Shown here one piece after another: positions 38,492 to 48,348 of a DNA stretch of 64,000 nt. The DNA comes from Myxococcota bacterium. GTDB lineage: Bacteria; Myxococcota; XYA12-FULL-58-9; JALHOP01. The translations under genes and the position numbers were made by a program. Position 1 is the stretch's first letter; each line of letters begins with the position of its first letter. A model generated the notes under the pieces. The model was not told the origin of the DNA. It did no database searches and saw only the letters and a list, made by a program, of their open reading frames with translations. The DNA is taken from contig JBGGMJ010000089.1 in assembly GCA_041288095.1 (NCBI GenBank), forward strand, positions 9,517 through 73,516. Direction: 5' to 3'.

Positions 38492-39942
38492 AGCTCGCAC
38501 GTCGTTCGTTTCTCAAAGGCATCGGCGGCGCGGTCATCGGCTTGCCGCTCCTCGAGGTGATGGTGCCGAGCCGCGCCTTGGCGCAAACCGTCGCGCCAGT
38601 CCGCTATGTCGTTGCCTTCGGCGGCATGTCGCTGGGCGGCGATTGCGGTGTGAACCCCGCGACCAACGTGATCCCCGCTGCGACCGGCGCTGGCTACCAA
38701 CTCACGCGCGGCTTGCGGGCGCTGGGCGGGCGCGGCAGCGACGCAACCAAGTACCCATGGGAGAGCATCAAGAACCTGGTGACTGTCGTGAGCGGATTGC
38801 GCATCCCCGTCGAGACGGCCGGGAGCATTCCAACCGGCGGCCGCGTCTCGGCGTTTCATTCGAGCACCATGGCGCCACTGCTCGCCGGCACCAAGGCGAC
38901 CCAGCAACTGTCGGAGCCCACGGCGCCAAGCTCGGATCAGCTCGCCGCCGCGACTCTCAGAGGCAGCAGTCGCTTCGCGTCGCTCCAGTATCGCGTCCAA
39001 GCGCAGCAGTACCACGGTGGTGTCGCCGTCCAGAGCCGCATCTCGTACGCTCGCAACTCGTCTGGCGCCATCGTCCCACTCGACCCCATCGCCTCGCCAC
39101 GGCTCGCGTACGAGCAGCTCTTCACTGACTTCAGCGCTCCAGCGACATCCGACCCCGAGGAAGTAGCGGCGCGCCGGCGTGCCCTCGAGCAACAGCGCAG
39201 CGTCATCGACCTGGTGCGTGGCTCATCGGATCGCTTGCAGTCGCGCCTCGGCAGGAGTGACCGCCTCCGCCTCGAGCGCCACTTCGACGAGATCCGCGCC
39301 ATCGAGCAGAGGCTCACGGCGATCCCGAGCGACCCTCTGCCCGGCAGTGTCTGCGTGGTGCCGCCGCATCCCGGCAACGACCCCGCCGCGACCTACACGG
39401 CCAACAACGAAGGCTTGATCATGGGCTGGTCGGACGAGACCAGGCGCGGGCGCGTCTTGAGCGACCTCGTGCACATGGCGCTGGCATGCGACCAGACGCG
39501 CGTGGCCAGCATGATGATCACTTACGCGCAAACGTACATGAGCGCGCAGGCGCTCTTCGGGGCCCGCTGCGACATCCACGAGCTGGGGCACTGCGCCGGC
39601 AGCCCAGGCCAGATGTCGGATGCGGTCTCTTGGCACGTCGAGCACTGGGCCTATCTCATCGACAAGCTGCGCGGCACGCCCGAGGGCGACGGCACGCTCC
39701 TCGACAACACCGTTTTAGCGTTGGTCTTCGAGGGTGGCTCGATTCTCGGCTCCGATGGCTCACACTCTTCCGACCGTATGATGGCGTTGGTCGCCGGGCG
39801 GCCGAGCAAGCTCAAGCTGGGGCTGCACGTCGCCACCAACAACGCGCACCCGGCGAGCGTGTTGCTCTCGTGCGTTCGCGCGGCGGGCGTCAGCGGGCCC
39901 ATGGGCGACATCAGTCAGCCGCTCGGCGAGCTCCTCGTCTGA
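38482..39942 (+). CDS. DUF1552 family protein with twin-arginine-like leader
   Basis: RRSFLKGIGGAVIGLPLLE; QRSVIDLV; ALACDQTRV; EGDGTLLDNT; usual partner of the upstream family. Confidence 0.88.
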   Translation: MALKLARRSFLKGIGGAVIGLPLLEVMVPSRALAQTVAPVRYVVAFGGMSLGGDCGVNPATNVIPAATGAGYQLTRGLRALGGRGSDATKYPWESIKNLVTVVSGLRIPVETAGSIPTGGRVSAFHSSTMAPLLAGTKATQQLSEPTAPSSDQLAAATLRGSSRFASLQYRVQAQQYHGGVAVQSRISYARNSSGAIVPLDPIASPRLAYEQLFTDFSAPATSDPEEVAARRRALEQQRSVIDLVRGSSDRLQSRLGRSDRLRLERHFDEIRAIEQRLTAIPSDPLPGSVCVVPPHPGNDPAATYTANNEGLIMGWSDETRRGRVLSDLVHMALACDQTRVASMMITYAQTYMSAQALFGARCDIHELGHCAGSPGQMSDAVSWHVEHWAYLIDKLRGTPEGDGTLLDNTVLALVFEGGSILGSDGSHSSDRMMALVAGRPSKLKLGLHVATNNAHPASVLLSCVRAAGVSGPMGDISQPLGELLV

Positions 39943-39944
39943 CC

Positions 39945-41543
39945 TCAGTTGAACAAGAACGCCGCGGGCACGGCGTCGATCACGGCCTGGCGGTACCGCG
40001 CCTGCCCCTTCGCCATGTCGAGCGCTACCGGATTGAGCGCGTCGGTAATGACCTGGCTTTGATCGAGCACGCTACTGTCCGGCGGCTTGGGATGCGCGAG
40101 CATGTCCGTCAGCGCGGCCGCGATGCTCGGCGGCGCGTCCGATACCGCGACCTGCAGCGGCTCGGGCAAACGCCGGGCGGCGGCGACCACGAAGCTGTTC
40201 ACGTGCACGACCCCCGCGTAATTCGTGCGGTACAGCACCATCGCCGGCATCGCCGCGCGCAGCGTCGCGAGGAAGTGCGCGTAGGGACGCCGAAACTGGC
40301 GGTCCGCGAAAGTGTTCAGGATGGCGACGCCTTCGTCACCCGTGCAGCGCCGCAGGGCATCGAAGAAGTTCTGAGTCACGAGGTACTCGGGCACGCCGTC
40401 GCCCGCGAAGAGATCGACCACCACCGCGTCATAGGGCTGCGTGCAGCTCTGCAAGAAGGTGCGCGCATCCTGCTGCACGACGCTCACGCTGTCGGGCAGC
40501 GCGAAGATCTCGCGCGCCGCTTGCACGGAGGCGGGGTCGATCTCCACCACGGTCACGTCGACGCCGCGCGCCGCGAGCATGCGCGGCACGATGCCGGCGC
40601 CCAGGCCCAGCACCAGCACGCGATTGGCCTCGGGCTTGTAGCCGCGAATCAGCGCATCGAGCATGTGCGTGTACATCGACAGCGATTGGCCGTCGCCGGC
40701 AACGGTGTTCTGGGTGATGCCGTCCTGGAAATACATGCGGCGAAAGCTCCCGTCCGCAAAGGGCGTGCTCCTCAGAATTTGCACGGTGCCGAACATCGAG
40801 TGGTAGGAGGTCTCGCGGCGCCACTCGTGGTCGCCATAGCGGACGGGCCACTGCGATTGCGTGAAGGTGCCCTCGAAGGCCAAGAGCCCGAGCGAGAGCA
40901 CGAGCGCCACTCCGCCGAGCACGGCCACCCACGCGCGTGAAGGCAGCGTCTGCGGGGGCTTCGCGGCGATGACCAACGTGAGCGCGGCCAACGCCGCCGC
41001 CACCATCAGGGTCGCGGTGAAGTTGCTGAAGTGCGGAATCAGACCGAACGCGGTAACGGACACCCCGAGCACCGAGCCGAGCGTGCTGACGAAGAACACG
41101 CGACCAGCACCAGCATCACCCGCGGCCGCGGCTCCGCCCGCGACCCGGATCGCCACCAGCAAGGGGTTCATGGCCGAGGTGGTGGCCAGCGGCACGAAGA
41201 GCAAGATGATGCAGGCGGCAAAGGCGCCGACGACCAGGTCCACGCGCGCGAGCGGCAGGAAGGTGAAGGGATAGAGCAGACAAGCCACGACGATAGCGAG
41301 CGCCGCGACGCCCGGCATGACGGCGTAGAGCAAGGTCAGGTGATCCAACGAGCGGGTCTGTCCCCCGCGAGCGGCAAGCCGCCCGCCCCACCAGTAGCCG
41401 CCCGCGAGCGCGACCAAGGTGATCGAGAGGATGCCGGTCCAGATGAAGAGGCTAACGCCGAAGTAAGGCGTCATGATGCGCGACGCGAGGAGCTCGAGGG
41501 CGAGGATGGCGCCGCCGGTGATGAAGACGATGGCATAGAGCAT
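39945..41543 (-). CDS. Fused membrane domain/spermidine synthase-like methyltransferase
   Basis: LELLASRIMTPYFGVSL..W TM region; VLVLGLGAG, VEIDP, DARTFL, VVDLF. Confidence 0.88.
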   Translation of the reverse strand: MLYAIVFITGGAILALELLASRIMTPYFGVSLFIWTGILSITLVALAGGYWWGGRLAARGGQTRSLDHLTLLYAVMPGVAALAIVVACLLYPFTFLPLARVDLVVGAFAACIILLFVPLATTSAMNPLLVAIRVAGGAAAAGDAGAGRVFFVSTLGSVLGVSVTAFGLIPHFSNFTATLMVAAALAALTLVIAAKPPQTLPSRAWVAVLGGVALVLSLGLLAFEGTFTQSQWPVRYGDHEWRRETSYHSMFGTVQILRSTPFADGSFRRMYFQDGITQNTVAGDGQSLSMYTHMLDALIRGYKPEANRVLVLGLGAGIVPRMLAARGVDVTVVEIDPASVQAAREIFALPDSVSVVQQDARTFLQSCTQPYDAVVVDLFAGDGVPEYLVTQNFFDALRRCTGDEGVAILNTFADRQFRRPYAHFLATLRAAMPAMVLYRTNYAGVVHVNSFVVAAARRLPEPLQVAVSDAPPSIAAALTDMLAHPKPPDSSVLDQSQVITDALNPVALDMAKGQARYRQAVIDAVPAAFLFN

Positions 41544-41648
41544 GTGGGGAGTCAGTCCTCGCGATGGCGGTTGCCGGTCAAGTGCTTGCCATCGCATAGA
41601 CGGGTGGACAACTGAGGCGTCAAGCACCAGATTTCGACCGGGGGGTCC

Positions 41649-42740
41649 ATGCTGCATGAGTTCCTCAGCGCTAAGCGCGCAGAACTGATCGAACGGTGCA
41701 GCTCGAAGGTCGCTCTCCGAAGAGAAGAGCCAGCCCACGTCGAGCTGACCGCCGGCATCCCCCTGTTTCTCGACCGACTCGTCGCCACGCTTCGCGCCGA
41801 GCCGGGCCCGCGCACCCAAGAACGCATGCCCGCACAACTCGATCCACAGAGCGCCGCCGGCAGGTACGGAAGCGAGCTGCTGCGCAGAGGCTTCACCATC
41901 GACCAAGTCGTCCACACGTATGGTGACATCTGCCAGGCCGTGACGGAGCTCGCGGTGGAGACGAAGGCGGCGATCACCATCGAGGAGTTCCGCACATTCA
42001 ACAGCCTACTCGACGATGCTATCGCGGACGCGGTCACCGAGTTCGCGCACCAGCGCGATCAAGCCATTGCGAGCCAAGAGGCGCGGACAACGAACGAACG
42101 CCTGGGGTCGTTGGCACACGAGCTACGAAACCTACTCAACTCGGCGATGCTGGCGTTCGACGCGATCGAGAGTGGCAACGTCGCGCTGAACGGCGCGACC
42201 GGCGCCTTGCTTGGCCGCAGCCTCGCACGTTTGCGCGACCTCATCGATCGCTCACTGGCCGATGTACGGCTGACCGAGGGACTCCCCGAGCGGCGTGAGC
42301 GTATCGCCGTGAACGACCTCATCGAAGACGTTCGTGTGTCCGCGGCCATGGACGCCAAGAACAGGGGGATCGGCTTCACCACGCAAGGCGTCGAAGCAAG
42401 CGTGGTCGTCGAAGCGGACCGGCAAACGCTCGCCGCCGCGGTCGCGAACCTCCTGCAAAACGCCCTCAAGTTCACCCGCCCTAATACCGAGGTTTCCTTG
42501 GTGGCACACGCGCACGACGGGTGCGTGCTCATCGAAGTCGCCGACGCGTGCGGAGGTCTCCCGCAAGGCAGCGAGGATGACCTGTTTCAAGCCTTCTCGC
42601 AGCGCGGCAACGACCGCACGGGCCTCGGCCTCGGGCTCTCCATCAGTCGCCGCGGTGTCGAAGCGAACGGCGGCAAGGTCTCCGTGCGCAACATTCCCGG
42701 CACGGGCTGCGTGTTCACGGTCGACTTACCCCAGCGCTGA
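41649..42740 (+). CDS. Cytoplasmic sensor histidine kinase
   Basis: AHELRNLL H box, NLLQNALKFT N box, GLGLGL G2 box. Confidence 0.92.
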   Translation: MLHEFLSAKRAELIERCSSKVALRREEPAHVELTAGIPLFLDRLVATLRAEPGPRTQERMPAQLDPQSAAGRYGSELLRRGFTIDQVVHTYGDICQAVTELAVETKAAITIEEFRTFNSLLDDAIADAVTEFAHQRDQAIASQEARTTNERLGSLAHELRNLLNSAMLAFDAIESGNVALNGATGALLGRSLARLRDLIDRSLADVRLTEGLPERRERIAVNDLIEDVRVSAAMDAKNRGIGFTTQGVEASVVVEADRQTLAAAVANLLQNALKFTRPNTEVSLVAHAHDGCVLIEVADACGGLPQGSEDDLFQAFSQRGNDRTGLGLGLSISRRGVEANGGKVSVRNIPGTGCVFTVDLPQR

Positions 42741-42746
42741 CCGCCA

Positions 42747-43280
42747 ATGGCTCACCAGAAGGTGCTCGAAGTCGGCGTCAAAACGGTCGAACAACTCTTC
42801 GACCACCGCGACCCAGCGCCCTTTCGTGAACGCACACTCGACCCCAACTTCGTCGACTACCTTCGGGAAGGCGGTGGCGACCGCATTGCACACGGCCAGA
42901 TCCACATCGTCGTCTGGTTGGCCACGCCCTGCTCCCCCGGCGAGATCGAACAAGCCGTGCACAGCCACTTCGACCTTACGCTCGAGCGGACACGCCACAG
43001 ACGGCGAGAGCAGGTCCGCGCGGGTTGGATCGCGCTCACGATTGCGGCGATTGCCGTCGTGGTACTGACTGCCGTGGGTGAGCTCGTCGCAAGCAAGGTC
43101 GCCGGTTCGCTCGGGAGCGGCCTTCAGGAAGCGATCTCTATCTCGGGTTGGGTGCTCATGTGGCGACCCATCGAAATCCTCATCTACGACGGCATCCCGT
43201 GGAGACGTGAACGCCGGCTGCTGCGGGCGCTGCGCGACTCGCGGGTCGAGGTTCGTGTGGGGGCACGCGACGCTATCTGA
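42747..43280 (+). CDS. Hypothetical two-TM protein
   Basis: DPAPFRERTLD and GWVLMWRP patterns; 6 nt after the kinase. Confidence 0.75.
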   Translation: MAHQKVLEVGVKTVEQLFDHRDPAPFRERTLDPNFVDYLREGGGDRIAHGQIHIVVWLATPCSPGEIEQAVHSHFDLTLERTRHRRREQVRAGWIALTIAAIAVVVLTAVGELVASKVAGSLGSGLQEAISISGWVLMWRPIEILIYDGIPWRRERRLLRALRDSRVEVRVGARDAI

Positions 43281-43761
43281 GGTAGTCGCCTGCCAGCGCG
43301 TCCGCATACTCGTTCCAGCGCGAGCCATCGTGCGCGCGGATCCACTGTAGCTTCAGGTTCTTCTTCTCGAGCGACAAGGCGTAGAGCTCCTGTACGAGCT
43401 CGAGGTTCTTGATCTCGCCGTCTTTGCGTCGCCAGCCGCGTCGCGCCCAGGAGGCGGCCCACTCGTTGATCGTTTTGACGCAGAGCTGACTGTCCGTGAA
43501 AACGTCCAGCGGCATGGTCGAGGAGGCCATGCGGTAGGCGGCGATCAGACCGGTGAGCTCCATGCGGTTGTTGGTCGTATGCGGGGCTCGACCGGAGAGG
43601 CTGTCGATGATCTCGTCGTCGACGACGTAGACCGCCCCCCAACCACCGGGACCGGGATTGGGCGTCGCGCTGCCGTCGGTGAACAGGCCGGTGGTCGGCC
43701 CCTTGCGGTAGGTGGCGAGCACTTGCTCTGGCGTCAACGACGGGCGGTTGAATTGGCGCAT
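43273..43761 (-). CDS. rnhA: Ribonuclease HI
   Basis: FTDGS..NPGPGGWG, TTNNRMEL, TDSQ, WIRAH, NEYADALA. Confidence 0.93.
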   Translation of the reverse strand: MRQFNRPSLTPEQVLATYRKGPTTGLFTDGSATPNPGPGGWGAVYVVDDEIIDSLSGRAPHTTNNRMELTGLIAAYRMASSTMPLDVFTDSQLCVKTINEWAASWARRGWRRKDGEIKNLELVQELYALSLEKKNLKLQWIRAHDGSRWNEYADALAGDYLR

Positions 43762-43790
43762 GAGGGCCCTCTCATGCCATAGGCGGCCCT

Positions 43791-45431
43791 ATGCCCGCAC
43801 CCCAGCACTACGATTTCATCATCGTCGGCGGCGGCTCGGCTGGCTGCGCCCTCGCCAACCGACTGAGCGCCAACCCCGACACGCGCGTCCTCGTCCTCGA
43901 AGCCGGCCGGCCCGACTACAAGTGGGACCTCTTCATCCACATGCCGTCGGCCCTCACCTTTCCGATCGGGAGCCGCTTCTACGACTGGCAGTACCGCTCG
44001 GAGCCCGAGCCGTACATGAACGGCCGGCAAATCTATCACGCCCGCGGCAAGTTGCTCGGCGGCTCGAGCAGCATCAACGGTATGATCTTCCAGCGCGGCA
44101 ACCCGCTCGACTACGAGCGCTGGGCGGCGGACCCCGGCATGGAGCAGTGGAGCTACGCGCACTGCCTCCCCTACTTCAAACGCATGGAGAACTGTCTCGC
44201 GGGCGGCGACCAGTTTCGCGGCACCGACGGCCCACTGCATCTCGAGCGTGGCCCCGCGACCAATCCGCTCTTCAAGGCGTTCTTCGAAGCGGTTCAAGAG
44301 GCTGGCTACCCGCTCACGACCGACGTGAACGGCTTCAAGCAAGAAGGCTTCGCCGCCTTCGACCGCAACATCAAGAAGGGCAAACGCCTGAGCGCGGCGC
44401 GCGCGTACCTGCATCCGGTCCGCAAACGAAAGAACCTCGAGGTCATATGCCGCGCGATGACCACCAAGCTCATCGTCGAGGGCAAGCGCGTCACCGGCGT
44501 ACGAGCCAACGGCAAGCTCTACTCCGCTAAAGAGGTCATCGTCTGCGGCGGCGCCATCAACTCGCCCCAGCTCCTGCAAGTGAGCGGCATCGGCCCCAAG
44601 CAGGTGCTGGAGCAAGCCGGCGTCCAAGTGCTGCACGAGCTCCCCGGAGTCGGCGAGAATCTGCAGGACCATCTCGAAGTCTACGTGCAATACGCCTGCA
44701 AACAGCCCGTGTCGCTCGTGCCGGCGCTCAAGAAGATCAACTGGCCGTGGATTGGCTTGCTCTGGCTGCTCGCGAAAAAGGGCCCGGCGGCGACCAATCA
44801 CTTCGAAGGCGGTGGCTTCATCCGCGGGAACGATGATGTGAAGTATCCGAACATCATGTTCCACTTCCTGCCGCTCGCTGTCCGCTATGACGGCACGTCG
44901 CCGGCGGGTGGCCACGGGTATCAAGTGCACGTCGGGCCGATGTACTCGGATGCGCGGGGCTCCATCCGCATCACGAGCCCCGATGTCAGCGTCAAGCCGG
45001 CGCTCAGATTCAACTACCTCTCGACCGACACCGACCGCAGGGAGTGGATCGAAAGCATCCGCGCCGCCCGCAAGATCCTCAATCAGCCGGCGATGGCGCC
45101 TTTCAACGGCGGCGAGCTGTCCCCGGGGTCCAAAGTCGAGAGCGACGACGAGATCCTCGCCTGGGTCGCAAAAGACGGCGAGACCGCGCTCCACCCCAGT
45201 TGCACGTGCAAGATGGGAACGGACGCGATGGCGGTCACCGACCCGCGGACGATGCGCGTCCACGGCATGGAAGGGTTGCGCGTGGTCGATGCGAGCGTGA
45301 TGCCCTACGTGACGAACGGGAACATCTACGCGCCGGTGATGATGCTCGCGGAGAAGGCAGCCGATCTCATCCTCGGCAACACGCCGCTCGCGCCCGAGCA
45401 GGTCGCGTTCTACAAGCACCAGGCGGCTTAG
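43791..45431 (+). CDS. betA: Choline dehydrogenase (GMC oxidoreductase)
   Basis: [53 protein letters not shown]. Confidence 0.9.
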   Translation: MPAPQHYDFIIVGGGSAGCALANRLSANPDTRVLVLEAGRPDYKWDLFIHMPSALTFPIGSRFYDWQYRSEPEPYMNGRQIYHARGKLLGGSSSINGMIFQRGNPLDYERWAADPGMEQWSYAHCLPYFKRMENCLAGGDQFRGTDGPLHLERGPATNPLFKAFFEAVQEAGYPLTTDVNGFKQEGFAAFDRNIKKGKRLSAARAYLHPVRKRKNLEVICRAMTTKLIVEGKRVTGVRANGKLYSAKEVIVCGGAINSPQLLQVSGIGPKQVLEQAGVQVLHELPGVGENLQDHLEVYVQYACKQPVSLVPALKKINWPWIGLLWLLAKKGPAATNHFEGGGFIRGNDDVKYPNIMFHFLPLAVRYDGTSPAGGHGYQVHVGPMYSDARGSIRITSPDVSVKPALRFNYLSTDTDRREWIESIRAARKILNQPAMAPFNGGELSPGSKVESDDEILAWVAKDGETALHPSCTCKMGTDAMAVTDPRTMRVHGMEGLRVVDASVMPYVTNGNIYAPVMMLAEKAADLILGNTPLAPEQVAFYKHQAA

Positions 45432-45847
45432 CGGCTGACCAGGTACGCACCGACCGCAATCGCGGCGACGCCGGCAACCCGCGTCAGCGTAATGCTCTCG
45501 CCCAAGAACAAGACAGCGAGCACCAGGGTGACCGCCGGATAGGTCGCGGTCAGGGCGACAGCCGATGACGACGGCCCGGAGCGCATGGCGTAGAGCAGCG
45601 CCACGATGCCGATGCCGACGAGCACCGCGGCGGCCGTGGCCCAGGCGCTCCCCGCCAGCGGATACGTCAGCGGCTCCTTCCAGTAGCGCGCCAGCGCCCA
45701 GTAGGCCGGGACCAGCGCAACGCCGGCGATGGCGTAGACGATCTGAACCGAGAGCGGTCCCATCGTGTTCATCGCCATGCGCAGGGCGAATGCCCAGATG
45801 CCCCAGCTCACGGTCGCGAGCAGGACGAGCCAATTCGTCGAACCCAT
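45428..45847 (-). CDS. Single-domain EamA/DMT family transporter
   Basis: SWGIW...[16 protein letters not shown]; about five TM segments. Confidence 0.82.
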   Translation of the reverse strand: MGSTNWLVLLATVSWGIWAFALRMAMNTMGPLSVQIVYAIAGVALVPAYWALARYWKEPLTYPLAGSAWATAAAVLVGIGIVALLYAMRSGPSSSAVALTATYPAVTLVLAVLFLGESITLTRVAGVAAIAVGAYLVSR

Positions 45848-45905
45848 GGGCGCTCGATAGCACGGCCGTTGACCACGGACCTATGGAACCGTTACGCGAG
45901 AGCCA

Positions 45906-47363
45906 ATGACATACGCATACGAGACGCGTGGGCAGTGGATCGGTGGCGCTTGGGTCCCGAGCCGGGGCGGAGGCTCCGAAGATGTCGTCAGTCCCGCGAC
46001 CGGCGCGGTCATCGGCAAGCTAATCACCGGCACCACGCGAGACGTCGACGATGCGGTCGAGAGCGCAACGTCCGCCGCAGCGGTCCTCGCGACCATGACG
46101 CCGTTCGAGCGCGCGAAGCTCTGTTTCAAGATTGCCGAGAGCATCGAGAAGCGGAAGGAGGCGTTGGCGAAGCTCCTCTCGCTGGAGCAAGGCAAGCCGT
46201 TGCACAGCGAGGCTTATGCCGAAGTCGGTGAAGCCGCCGAGTGCTTCCGGCTCTGGGGTGAAGAGGCAAAGCGCATCCAAGGCGCGGTGCATACGTCCGC
46301 TGACGCGAACAAGCGCATTCTCACCATCCGCCAACCGCGCGGCGTTTACGCCGTCATCACGCCGTGGAACTGGCCGCTCACCATGCCCGCCGAGCTGCTC
46401 GCGCCGGCGCTCGCCGCCGGTAACAGCGTCGTTTGGGTGCCCGCTCCCACGACCTCGCTCACCGCTGCCCTGCTCGCGGAATGCATCGCCGAGGCGGAGC
46501 TGCCGAAAGGCGCGGTGAACCTGGTCATGGGGCACGGACCGGTCGTCGGTGACGCGGTCGCGGCGCACCCCGGCACGCGCGGGATCGCCTTCATCGGCAG
46601 CACCGTCACCGGCGAGAAGGTGGCGGCACGTGGCGCCGGCAAGGCCTTGCTCCTCGAGCTCGGAGGCAACGGGCCGTTCGTGGTTTGTCACGACGCCGAC
46701 CTCGACCGCGCGGCCCAAGGCGCCGCAATAGGGGCGTTCCTGTGCGCGGGTCAGTCGTGCGCCGCGGCTGGTCGCATCCTCGTCGATGCACGGGTCGCCA
46801 AGCCCTTTTGTGAAAAGCTCGTCGCCGAGGTGCAGCGCATCAAGCTCGGCGACCCCGCGGACCCCGCCACTACCATGGGCCCGGTGAACAACACCGCGAC
46901 AGCGGACAAGACCGAACGTCACGTCAACGACGCCGTCGCCAAGGGCGCAAAGCTCGTCACCGGCGGCAAGCGCAAGCCCGGCATGCCGACGCCGCTCTAC
47001 TTCGAGCCCACCATCCTCGAGAACGTCACGCCGAACATGCAGGTGTTCAGCGAGGAGACCTTCGGCCCGGTCGCGCCCATCACCACCTTCACGACCGAAG
47101 AGGAGCTCATCGCGCTGGCGGACCTCGGGCACCACGGGCTGGTCGCCGCCGTCTACACCAGGGATCTCGCACGCAGCGTGCGCCTCGCCGAGCGCATCCG
47201 TTGCGGCGTCGTCAACGTCAACGAGTCGACGAACTACTGGGAGCTGCACGTGCCTTACGGCGGTGTCCGCAGAAGCGGCATCGGCCGCATCGGTGGACAG
47301 CGCTCGCTCGACGAGATGAGTGAGGTAAAGACCATCATTCTCGACGTGCGCGGCAACTCGTAA
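45906..47363 (+). CDS. NAD(P)-dependent aldehyde dehydrogenase
   Basis: ITPWNWP, FIGS, LELGG, GQSC, EETFGP; substrate not assignable. Confidence 0.93.
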   Translation: MTYAYETRGQWIGGAWVPSRGGGSEDVVSPATGAVIGKLITGTTRDVDDAVESATSAAAVLATMTPFERAKLCFKIAESIEKRKEALAKLLSLEQGKPLHSEAYAEVGEAAECFRLWGEEAKRIQGAVHTSADANKRILTIRQPRGVYAVITPWNWPLTMPAELLAPALAAGNSVVWVPAPTTSLTAALLAECIAEAELPKGAVNLVMGHGPVVGDAVAAHPGTRGIAFIGSTVTGEKVAARGAGKALLLELGGNGPFVVCHDADLDRAAQGAAIGAFLCAGQSCAAAGRILVDARVAKPFCEKLVAEVQRIKLGDPADPATTMGPVNNTATADKTERHVNDAVAKGAKLVTGGKRKPGMPTPLYFEPTILENVTPNMQVFSEETFGPVAPITTFTTEEELIALADLGHHGLVAAVYTRDLARSVRLAERIRCGVVNVNESTNYWELHVPYGGVRRSGIGRIGGQRSLDEMSEVKTIILDVRGNS

Positions 47364-47378
47364 GACGCATGCTAGTGT

Positions 47379-47762
47379 TTAGCTACGCGGCCGCCACCCC
47401 TCGGTGACGAACGGCTCGATGGCGTTCCAGAGCTCCGTCGCGCGAACCGGCTTACAGAGGACATCGGCCGCGCCGGCCCGCTTGAGGATGGTGACGTTCG
47501 GGTGTCCGAGCGTCGTGATGACGATGACCGGGATGTCTTTGGTCGTCGGCTGGCTCTTGAGCAGAGCAAGGGCCTGCACCCCGTCCATCACCGGCATCTG
47601 GATGTCGAGCAAGATGAGGTCCGGCCGCGCCTCGAGCGCGATCTTCGCGGCCTGCAAGCCGTCCTCGGCGTAGAGGAGCGCCAAGCCCCGCTTGGTGAGG
47701 TATTCGCCCTCGAGCTGGCGAAAGGCGGGTGAGTCGTCGGCGATCAGCACTGTCTTCGGCAC
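47379..47762 (-). CDS. Single-domain response regulator
   Basis: IADDS, LLDIQMPVMDG, VITT, CKP. Confidence 0.9.
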   Translation of the reverse strand: MPKTVLIADDSPAFRQLEGEYLTKRGLALLYAEDGLQAAKIALEARPDLILLDIQMPVMDGVQALALLKSQPTTKDIPVIVITTLGHPNVTILKRAGAADVLCKPVRATELWNAIEPFVTEGWRPRS

Positions 47763-47800
47763 ACGAGACCTCACACGTTGCTCTCAGAGCACATCCAAGC

Positions 47801-48289
47801 TTAACCCCTGCCCCGCCGCGCCGCCTCGATCTTCGCAATGTCGATCTTCTTCATCGTCATCATCGCCTCGAAAACGCGCTTCGCCACCGCCCTGTCGGGA
47901 TCAGCGACACCTTCGTTCAACTGTCGCGGCGTGATCTGCCACAAGAAGCCCCAGCGGTCCTTGCACCAACCACAAGCGCGCTCCTCGCCGCCGTGCTCGA
48001 CGATGGCGTTCCAGTAGCGATCGGTCTCCGCTTGGTCTTCGGTCTCGACCATGAACGAAACCGATTCGTTGGGCTTGAAGTTGGGGCCGCCATTGAGGCC
48101 GACGAACTGCATGCCGAGCACCGTGAACTCGACTGTCAGCTCGACTCCCTGCTTGCCGCCGGGAAAGTCACCGGGCGCCGCCATCGCCTTGCCGACGTGA
48201 CTGTCGGGAAAGACGCTCGCGTAGAACTCCGCCGCTTTGCGCGCTTCGCCGTGGTCGAACCACACGCAGGTCAGCATCCTCTTGGCCAT
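47801..48289 (-). CDS. VOC/PhnB-like (3-demethylubiquinone-9 3-methyltransferase-like) protein
   Basis: CVWFD, AAEFY, LNGGP, CGWCKDRWG..WQI, MKKIDIA. Confidence 0.92.
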   Translation of the reverse strand: MAKRMLTCVWFDHGEARKAAEFYASVFPDSHVGKAMAAPGDFPGGKQGVELTVEFTVLGMQFVGLNGGPNFKPNESVSFMVETEDQAETDRYWNAIVEHGGEERACGWCKDRWGFLWQITPRQLNEGVADPDRAVAKRVFEAMMTMKKIDIAKIEAARRGRG

Positions 48290-48348
48290 CGGAACCCTCC
48301 CGGTTGAGGGGAGTGAACATGCAGCCGATGGGCCGGCGCCGCAATGGT

